Below, piece by piece: positions 1 to 6,316 of a DNA stretch of 10,937 nt; the first letter of the stretch is position 1, and each line of letters opens with the position of its first letter. Source of the stretch: Candidatus Heimdallarchaeota archaeon (lineage in GTDB: Archaea; Asgardarchaeota; Heimdallarchaeia; JABLTI01); the NCBI GenBank assembly GCA_019058275.1, contig JAHLVW010000013.1, positions 1-10,937 on the forward strand. The letters are read 5' to 3'. The notes under the pieces are model-generated. The model was not told where the DNA came from. It saw only the letters and a list, made by a program, of their open reading frames with translations, and ran no database searches. A program made the position numbers and the translations under genes.

Positions 1-30
1 GTTTTTTTAACTAATGAATGCATTTATTCT

Positions 31-45
31 AAAAGCTTTAATATA
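31..45 (+). promoter_or_regulatory. Putative archaeal BRE/TATA promoter of the aminotransferase
   Basis: AAAAGC (purine-rich, BRE-like) followed by TTTAATATA at 37-45, about 80 nt upstream of ATG 125. The layout resembles the candidates at 1547-1560 and 4276-4289. The AT-rich background limits certainty. Confidence 0.45.
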
Positions 46-124
46 CGCTGAATGAACGGAATATTCTAATCCGCGTTTCAAATTAATATTCAGCAAACAT
101 TAAATCATTGTGGAATGTTTTAAA

Positions 125-1414
125 ATGTCAAATAATGAAGAAAGATTTGATTTTGCAGCATGGACAAAATTACTACCACCATCAGAAATTAGGATTTTGT
201 TAGAGTATAAAGTTAAGTATAATTTTGGTGGTGGGTTACCTGGTGCTTTACCAATTGATACTTTAACAGACATACTAATCGAAATTGGAGAAGAGAACAA
301 ACAAGACTATAAAGACGGTAAATTAGGTAAAGCACTCTCTTTATGGAACTATGGACCAACTGGCGGACAAGAATTCTGCTTAAGAGTTTTAGCGGACAGG
401 TTAAGACGAGTAGATGATATTAATCTCGATAAGGAGACTGGTTGGAAAGATGTTATATTAACTGCAGGATCACAACAAGCAATTTATGCGATTTTAGATA
501 CTATAATAGATCCTGGAGATGTTATTTTAACTCCCAGTCCTGCCTATCTTGGATTTCTAGCACCAGCGTTCAAATTAGGTGCAGAAATTGTTACAATACC
601 AACTGATTTGGATGGTATGCTTCCCGAATATGTTGAAAAAGCAATAGACAAGTGTGTGAAAAAGTTTGGTAAGAAACCCTCAATCCTTTATGTTGTTCCT
701 GATTCAGATAATCCAAAAGGAACCACCTTACCATTTAAACGAAGAAAGGCTCTCTTTGATATTACAGAAGAGCATGATATATTACTTATTGAGGACCAAG
801 CATACAAAGAAATACAATTTGGTGAAGAGCTAATAAAACCAATAAAATCACTAGATAAAGACAATAGTCGTGTAGCATACTTGAGAACAACTTCAAAAGA
901 AGCAGCAGTATTACGTATGGGTTATTCTGTTCTTCCAGAGAGTCTCAAGTATCAAGTGCTTAAAGACAAAGGATATTTAGACTTATGTTCCCCCACAATA
1001 CTTCAGAAAGTTATGGCGATTTATTATGAGAAATATATTGACAAAGTTTTACCTGATTGTTTGAAAACTTACAAGAAACGTTCTGAAGCTATGTTAAAAG
1101 GTATAAAAGAGACGTTTCCTGCAGGAGAATATACTAAACCAACTGGTGGCTTCTTTGTTTGGTATGAATCCGAGAAACAATTTAACTCTAAGTCTTTCCT
1201 AATGGATAAATGCATTCCAAATGACATTATGTTCGTACCAGGAGCTGCATTCTATCCTATTAAAGGCTGGTCATTTGATGACACTTCAGATGGTTTAATC
1301 GAATCCCAAGCAAAAACAAACACAATGCGAATAGGTTATTCTTATAACAAAGCTGACATTATATACGATGGTATCACTAGATTAGGCAAATTACTAACTG
1401 AAGAATTGTCATAG
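125..1414 (+). CDS. PLP-dependent aminotransferase class I/II (2-aminoadipate/aromatic aminotransferase-like, LysN/ARO8/MocR-AT-like)
   Basis: Fold-type I motifs: FGGGLP, NYGPTGG, LTAGSQQAI, PAYLG, DNPKGTTL (NPTG), IEDQAY (PLP-binding Asp), TTSK (catalytic Lys) ...LRMGY, PTGGFFVW, VPGAAFY, MRIGYS (substrate-carboxylate Arg). The ORF track starts at GTG 110; ATG 125 is the more likely start. Substrate cannot be determined. Confidence 0.92.
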   Translation: MSNNEERFDFAAWTKLLPPSEIRILLEYKVKYNFGGGLPGALPIDTLTDILIEIGEENKQDYKDGKLGKALSLWNYGPTGGQEFCLRVLADRLRRVDDINLDKETGWKDVILTAGSQQAIYAILDTIIDPGDVILTPSPAYLGFLAPAFKLGAEIVTIPTDLDGMLPEYVEKAIDKCVKKFGKKPSILYVVPDSDNPKGTTLPFKRRKALFDITEEHDILLIEDQAYKEIQFGEELIKPIKSLDKDNSRVAYLRTTSKEAAVLRMGYSVLPESLKYQVLKDKGYLDLCSPTILQKVMAIYYEKYIDKVLPDCLKTYKKRSEAMLKGIKETFPAGEYTKPTGGFFVWYESEKQFNSKSFLMDKCIPNDIMFVPGAAFYPIKGWSFDDTSDGLIESQAKTNTMRIGYSYNKADIIYDGITRLGKLLTEELS

Positions 1415-1439
1415 ATTTTGTTTGATGGTTATTGTTGTT

Positions 1440-1475
1440 GAGAAATTATCATTTTTTGATAATTTCTTATTTTAT
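1440..1475 (+). terminator. Hairpin plus T-rich tract downstream of the aminotransferase (putative terminator)
   Basis: Perfect 11-bp inverted repeat AGAAATTATCA (1441-1451) / TGATAATTTCT (1457-1467) with a T5 loop, followed by TATTTTAT. It starts 26 nt after the stop codon. Confidence 0.6.
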
Positions 1476-1546
1476 CTAATTGAATTGTCATTTAATGTTT
1501 ACTAATATTATTCAATTGAGCAATGAGGATTTTTAAGATGCAAATG

Positions 1547-1560
1547 CAAAAGTTTTTATC
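1547..1560 (+). promoter_or_regulatory. Putative BRE/TATA promoter of the ATPase subunit I gene
   Basis: CAAAAG followed by TTTTTATC (1553-1560). Predicted TSS is around 1583, SD-like AGGTG at 1593-1597, ATG at 1607. Confidence 0.55.
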
Positions 1561-1606
1561 TAAAAGCAATCGAACATCAAGAGACTTTGCACAGGTGTAA
1601 AGAGAG

Positions 1607-3688
1607 ATGAGCTTATTACCTGATAGATTAAAAACAGTAAAAGTTGTTGTTCCACAAGAGAATACTAGAAGTTTGTTTAGATTTCTTTCAACTTGTGATG
1701 ACCTCGATATTATTGATGTACAAAAAAGACCTTTTGATATTGGATCTTTTGATCATGGCTCAGAAATCAAAGAATTACATGAAAATTTCGATAAAGTCAT
1801 TGAACACTTCGAAATCAAAGATAAAGTTGGAAGAGTCAAGAAAGTTAAAATTGAAGATCAAAAGATATCTACAGTGTTAAAGAATATCGAGCAAATGTCA
1901 AAAGATATTATTGTGAAATTAAATCAAATTGATGAACGAATCATCCTAGCAGAACAAGAACTTATGAAGAATAAATCTGTTATTGAAATTGCACAAAATT
2001 TAATTCCGTTTGGCTTTAGCTTTGAAGATTTAGATGATGAACGACCATACTTCAGTGTTATCGTAGGTAGATTGGATACTAAAAGAATTCCAAGATTTAA
2101 ATGGAATCTAGATGCAATTACTGATAGTAATTATGTACTTAAAGAATCTAAATCTAAAGGTAATTATTCATTTATCGCTATTGGATTTCTAGAACGTTAT
2201 CAAGAAGATATCAGCCGACTTCTAGTTGCTTATGGTTTTGAAAAAATCTCAATTCCAGAGCGAATATCTGGAAGCCCTGAAAAAGTGGTTCAAAAGAATA
2301 AAGTGAAAAATGAACGTTTAGTAGAGAAAATAAAGGAACTCAAAAAAGAAGCGGATTCCATTATCGATAAACATGGCTCGGAAATTCTTGCTTTTAGTGA
2401 GCAATTGGCTATAGAAGAGAATTTCTTAAAGATTTCAAACATGTTAAGACATACAAAAAGAAATGCTACTTTTTGGGCATGGATTCCTCAGAAAAAAACC
2501 AGTAAATTTGAGAAAGGAATTAAATTAGCTACAGATAAAAGTACTATTGTTGAATTTTCTAAACCTGTATTCGAAGAGTCTGAATTTCCAACTAAAACAT
2601 CTGTACCTAAATTTGCTCGAATTTATGATTCACTAGTTAGTGCTTATGGCGTTCCAGGATACAACGAGTTTAACACAGCTATCCTAATCCAAATTTTCTT
2701 CCCAATTATGTTTGGTATCATGTTCGCAGATGTTGGTCACGGTTTATTGTTTACTCTTCTTGGTGTTTATGGTATGACATTAAGAAACAAAAAATTAGGT
2801 ACTGATAGCTTCATGGATGAAATCAAAGGTTACTTCAAGAGCGGTTATATGTTAATGATTGTCTCTGGTATTGCTGCTATGATTTTTGGAGTTTTATTTG
2901 GATCCTACTTTGGTGCTACTCATCACGTTGCTGACTGGGTGCCACAAGCTATTTGGTTTAGTCCCGAAGATACAGAACACCTTTATAATGGAGCTTCTTC
3001 AGTTATCTTAATGCTTGAGCTCTCCCTACTAATTGGTATGATTCATATGACCATTGGTTATGTCTTGCGATTTATTAATAGTAGTAAACACAACCACTAC
3101 ATAGAAGCCTTCACAGTAGCATTGATGTGGGCAAGTTTCCACTGGGCATTATTCATCCTTGTCTTCACTTTTGGAACTAATTTCATGAACTGGTTCAGTG
3201 CAGATCTCACAGGAACATTCGATTTAGCATTATTGTCAATTGGTGGTGAACCAATTCAATTCTTCACAATCAATGGTGCATTATGGTTCTTCTTGGGTGC
3301 TTTTGCTATACCAATATTAGTTATGACCATTTATCTAACTACACATGGTTCAGATGGTATTGCTGAATTAATTGAATTATTATTGTCCACCCTATCAAAT
3401 ACTATAAGCTATGCTCGGATTTTTGCTATGAATGCTGTGCATGGAGCTTTATCACATATATTCCTCCTCACTGACTTTGTCAAAGGGGAAGGTCTCGGTG
3501 TTATCAATTTCATTGGTATGGCTATAGGTGCTTTAGTGATACTAGCTTTAGAAGGATTATTCTCATTCATTCAAACCTTAAGGTTACAATGGGTAGAATT
3601 CTTCGGAAAAGTTGGCTATCAAGGCACTGGCTTTAAATTCCAAGCAATGACTATTGAACGAAAATACTCAAGTATTGTTCAAAAATAA
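1607..3688 (+). CDS. atpI: A/V-type ATP synthase/ATPase subunit I (subunit a)
   Basis: 693 aa. Soluble coiled-coil N-terminal half, then WAWIP, PTK...YGVPGYNEFN, FFPIMFGIMFADVGHG, a hydrophobic multi-TM C-terminal half, SNTISYARIFA with the essential Arg (equivalent to Vph1 R735), LEGL and LRLQWVEFFGK...G..F. Confidence 0.95.
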   Translation: MSLLPDRLKTVKVVVPQENTRSLFRFLSTCDDLDIIDVQKRPFDIGSFDHGSEIKELHENFDKVIEHFEIKDKVGRVKKVKIEDQKISTVLKNIEQMSKDIIVKLNQIDERIILAEQELMKNKSVIEIAQNLIPFGFSFEDLDDERPYFSVIVGRLDTKRIPRFKWNLDAITDSNYVLKESKSKGNYSFIAIGFLERYQEDISRLLVAYGFEKISIPERISGSPEKVVQKNKVKNERLVEKIKELKKEADSIIDKHGSEILAFSEQLAIEENFLKISNMLRHTKRNATFWAWIPQKKTSKFEKGIKLATDKSTIVEFSKPVFEESEFPTKTSVPKFARIYDSLVSAYGVPGYNEFNTAILIQIFFPIMFGIMFADVGHGLLFTLLGVYGMTLRNKKLGTDSFMDEIKGYFKSGYMLMIVSGIAAMIFGVLFGSYFGATHHVADWVPQAIWFSPEDTEHLYNGASSVILMLELSLLIGMIHMTIGYVLRFINSSKHNHYIEAFTVALMWASFHWALFILVFTFGTNFMNWFSADLTGTFDLALLSIGGEPIQFFTINGALWFFLGAFAIPILVMTIYLTTHGSDGIAELIELLLSTLSNTISYARIFAMNAVHGALSHIFLLTDFVKGEGLGVINFIGMAIGALVILALEGLFSFIQTLRLQWVEFFGKVGYQGTGFKFQAMTIERKYSSIVQK

Positions 3689-3727
3689 AAAAAAGTAGAA
3701 AATCTGCTATATGCAGATTTCTTTTTT
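3687..3727. terminator. Bidirectional hairpin terminator candidate between convergent atpI and zinc-finger genes
   Basis: A8 tract (3687-3694), stem AAATCTGC (3700-3707) / GCAGATTT (3713-3720) with TATAT loop, and T6 tract (3722-3727). A U-tract follows the stem on both strands. Confidence 0.7.
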
Positions 3728-3789
3728 CCTATTAAATTTGAGATTATGTGAGGTGTAATTAGATACTCCTCATAAGATAAGAAATAGTG

Positions 3790-4086
3790 TTAAAATGTAA
3801 ATTCGAATTCTTCTTCTTCAGGTTCTGGTTTTACTCTTCTCATAGCATCAGCAATTATTTCTGGATGCTGATCTCTTACATGTTTTTTCCAATTTTTTAC
3901 CCATAATCCACAATAACAACACATATATCTTTCTTCTCTCTCTTCCTTCTGTTCAAGGTATTTCATATATTTTGGATGTCTTCTTTTCATATGCTCTTCT
4001 TCTTCTTCTATGATACTCTGACAAATTTTGCATATTTTCAGACCATCCTTTCTTCTCACAATGAAGTCATTTATACTTCTAGCCAT
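3790..4086 (-). CDS. Small protein with two tandem C2H2-type zinc fingers (C-x2-C-x9-H-x4-H-P) and an acidic C-terminal tail; function unknown
   Basis: CKIC-QSIIEEEEE-H-MKRR-HP and CCYC-GLWVKNWKK-H-VRDQ-HP have identical spacing. ATG start is preceded by AGGGGG. The ORF fills an otherwise empty gap and has a terminator candidate downstream. Confidence 0.85.
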   Translation of the reverse strand: MARSINDFIVRRKDGLKICKICQSIIEEEEEHMKRRHPKYMKYLEQKEEREERYMCCYCGLWVKNWKKHVRDQHPEIIADAMRRVKPEPEEEEFEFTF

Positions 4087-4275
4087 AATGATAAGCCCCC
4101 TGGCTTATTATAAAATGCTTAGCAGGCATTTACTTCGGTATTCACATACTCGCTGATTATTTATTACATGAAAAAATATTATATGAACATTTCTCTTTAA
4201 ATAGTAGTTTTTTAATGATTTTTTGTCAAAGAAACTAAAATCTCTCATCTTGCTTTAAAAATGTTAGAAAGAGAC

Positions 4276-4289
4276 ATAAGGTTTTTAAA
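4276..4289 (+). promoter_or_regulatory. Putative BRE/TATA promoter of the ribosomal protein operon
   Basis: ATAAGG followed by TTTTTAAA (4282-4289). Canonical archaeal spacing puts the TSS at about 4311-4314, where GC content jumps and the first hairpin starts. Confidence 0.65.
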
Positions 4290-4312
4290 CAGATTATTCA
4301 AGTTTGGACTAC

Positions 4313-4484
4313 TGCCGCGCTGAATTTCTCTAAGCGTGTGCATAATTGGGCTCCGACCTTGCACGAGATGTGCAGAAGGGGAGTCATGCCTCTTGGAGGT
4401 TTCAGGAATTTAATCATAGATTCACTGGATTAAAAACTATCATAAGAGTGGGAAAATCCCCATAAATAGTCGTCTTTACGATTA
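4313..4484 (+). ncRNA. Candidate structured cis-regulatory leader RNA (r-protein leader) or small ncRNA upstream of uL22
   Basis: Six hand-folded hairpins: 4313-4342, 4349-4385, 4388-4400, 4401-4429, 4448-4463 and 4467-4484. GC is about 55% over 4313-4400 versus about 23% over 4201-4300 (hand count). Several G-U pairs work only on the + strand. No recognisable tRNA, 5S, SRP or RNase P signature. Confidence 0.55.
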
Positions 4485-4519
4485 CTAAAAAGAAAAATCA
4501 AAGATATGAGGAAATGCGT

Positions 4520-4981
4520 ATGCCACAATATGGATACTCGATTTACGGGTTAGATCCGGATCGTACAGCCATTGCCAGTGCACGAGAAATTGACATTAGT
4601 CCAAAGGCTGCTAGAGAAATTTGCAACACAATTAAAGGGATGTTTCTTGACAAAGCAAAAGAATATCTTGAAGATGTTATTGTCATGAAAAAAGCTGTTC
4701 CATACAAACGACACAAGAAGCACGTTGCCCATCGAAAAGAGCTTACTAAATGGCCTGCTGGTCGATTTCCAATAAAAGCTGCAAAGAGAATCCTTGAAGT
4801 TTTAGATAATGCTGAAAATAATGCTGAATTCAAGGGTTTAGATGTAGAAAGAATGAAGATTATTCACGCTTGTACTCATAAGGGGATGATAGTCAAGAGA
4901 TTTTTCCCTAGAGCCCATGGATCATCTTCCCCTAAATTCAATTATCTTACCCATATTGAAATAGCCATTGAAGAGGTTTGA
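4520..4981 (+). CDS. rpl22: 50S ribosomal protein uL22 (archaeal L22)
   Basis: MPQYGYS, ISPKAAREIC, AVPYKRHKKHVAHR, GRFPIKAA, NAENNAEFKGLD, PRAHG, THIEI. ATG 4520 has SD GAGGA at 4508-4512; the ORF track uses ATG 4514. Confidence 0.97.
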   Translation: MPQYGYSIYGLDPDRTAIASAREIDISPKAAREICNTIKGMFLDKAKEYLEDVIVMKKAVPYKRHKKHVAHRKELTKWPAGRFPIKAAKRILEVLDNAENNAEFKGLDVERMKIIHACTHKGMIVKRFFPRAHGSSSPKFNYLTHIEIAIEEV

Positions 4982-4983
4982 AC

Positions 4984-6099
4984 TTGTCTGCAGTAAAACA
5001 TTTCATAAGAAAAGGTGTTCGTCAAGCTGAAATTGATGAGTACTTAGGTAAAGAATTAGCAAGAGCAGGATACGGAGGAGTTGATATTACAAAAACTCCC
5101 CTGGGTGAACGAATCACCATCTATGCATCTAGACCTGGTATTGTCATCGGTCGTCGTGGTAAAAACATTAGAATGATCACTGATGAATTGGTTTCTAGAT
5201 TTGGTTTGGAAAATCCTCAAATTGAAGTCAAAGAAGTTGTAAACCCTGAATTAAATGCTAAAGTTATGGCTTTTTCACTTGTCTCTGCCATTGAACGAGG
5301 AGTTCATCGCCGTAGAGCAGCATATTCAGTTCTAAGAAGAGTTCTGAATGCTGGAGCAAGGGGATGCGAAATAATTATTGCTGGCAAGCTTACAAGTAAA
5401 CGATCTCGTCATGAAGCTTATAGAATGGGTCTTCTTGCTAAAAGTGGAGAAATTGGTTCTCAACTCGTTAGAAGAGCTAATGCAACTGCTGTTTTGAAAT
5501 TAGGAACAATTGGTGTTACTGTCAATATTATGAGAGGCGATATCCCTCTTCCAGATGATATTAGCATTTTGGCTGTACAATTGGGTGAAGATGCTGTCAT
5601 TGAAGAAGTGGTTACTCCTGAAATTAAAGTAAAGGAAGTAGAACCTAAAAAAGTGAAAGAAGCACCAAAAGAGAAAGAACCCAAGAAAGATGAGAAGAAA
5701 GACAAGCCAGTTACTAAGAAGAAAACTGACTTGGACAAAAAGGTTGAAGAATTATCTGACTTAATTGAAAAGACTCCTAGTGAAGCAAAGAAACCAAAGA
5801 AAACAAAAACAAAGAAACCAGCTGTGAAGAAAACACCTGCAGCTGTAAAAACAGAGAAACCAAAAGCTTCAGCTAAAAAGGACGTCAAGAAACCTGAAAC
5901 AAAGAAACCAAAGACAACTAAGAAAGAAGATGATAAAGCAAAAACAACAACTACAAAGAAAGCAGTTACTACTAAAACTGCTGCTAAAAAAGTAGAAGAA
6001 AAACCCAAAGCAAAAACAACAAAGAAAATAACTAAAGCTTCAACTTCTAAAAAAGAGACTAAAACCTCCAAACCTAAAAAAGAGGAGAAGAAAAAATAA
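4984..6099 (+). CDS. rps3: 30S ribosomal protein uS3 with long Lys-rich C-terminal extension
   Basis: ELARAGYGG, KH domain RPGIVIGRRGKNI, PELNA, GARGCEIIIAGKL, LPDDI. Likely start is TTG 4984 (MSAVKHFI) with SD GAGGT at 4973-4977; the track uses TTG 4978. Confidence 0.97.
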   Translation: MSAVKHFIRKGVRQAEIDEYLGKELARAGYGGVDITKTPLGERITIYASRPGIVIGRRGKNIRMITDELVSRFGLENPQIEVKEVVNPELNAKVMAFSLVSAIERGVHRRRAAYSVLRRVLNAGARGCEIIIAGKLTSKRSRHEAYRMGLLAKSGEIGSQLVRRANATAVLKLGTIGVTVNIMRGDIPLPDDISILAVQLGEDAVIEEVVTPEIKVKEVEPKKVKEAPKEKEPKKDEKKDKPVTKKKTDLDKKVEELSDLIEKTPSEAKKPKKTKTKKPAVKKTPAAVKTEKPKASAKKDVKKPETKKPKTTKKEDDKAKTTTTKKAVTTKTAAKKVEEKPKAKTTKKITKASTSKKETKTSKPKKEEKKK

Positions 6100-6112
6100 G
6101 AGTTGAATAAAA

Positions 6113-6316
6113 ATGGCCAACCTAAAAGTGCGTGAAATTCGTTATATGACTGCTGATCAAAGAAAGAGTCAATTAAAACGACTTCAAAAAGAGCTTGCTT
6201 ATTTACGAGCTAGTGTAGCAACTGGTGGTTCATTAGAAAAACCCAGTCAAGTTAAACAAGTCAAAAAGACTATTGCTAGAATATTAACTATTCAAAAAGA
6301 GAATGGTGAGCGTTGA
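6113..6316 (+). CDS. rpl29: 50S ribosomal protein uL29
   Basis: LKVREIR...GGSLEKP...VKKTIARILT; syntenic position after uS3. Confidence 0.96.
   Translation: MANLKVREIRYMTADQRKSQLKRLQKELAYLRASVATGGSLEKPSQVKQVKKTIARILTIQKENGER

Noticed and set aside
100-1880. ORFs 100-300 (-) and 1644-1880 (+)
   Set aside because: Short antisense or alternate-frame ORFs within well-supported genes, with no supporting signals.
3744-3775. Minus-strand hairpin beginning AUGA in the zinc-finger 3' UTR considered as a eukaryote/Loki-type SECIS
   Set aside because: There is no GA on the 3' arm to complete the quartet, and the adjacent genes have no in-frame UGA.
4368-4433. Possible leader peptide MCRRGVMPLGGFRNLIIDSLD (ATG 4368 or 4386 to TAA 4433)
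   Set aside because: No well-spaced SD, both ATGs lie within or beside predicted stems, and there is no telling codon bias. An ORF this short is expected by chance. It cannot be fully excluded without conservation data.
4313-4484. Leader considered as tRNA, 5S rRNA, SRP RNA, RNase P RNA, K-turn or SECIS
   Set aside because: No TTCGA T-loop or cloverleaf, no 5S CCGAAC motif, no SRP helix-8 motif and no RNase P P4 halves. The two GA bulges in H2 are offset by 3 bp rather than forming tandem sheared G-A pairs.
5460-6071. 203-aa hydrophobic Phe/Val-rich minus-strand ORF that resembles a membrane protein
   Set aside because: It is the antisense shadow of the AAA/AAG/GAA-rich uS3 tail, which gives Phe/Leu codons and few stops on the reverse strand.
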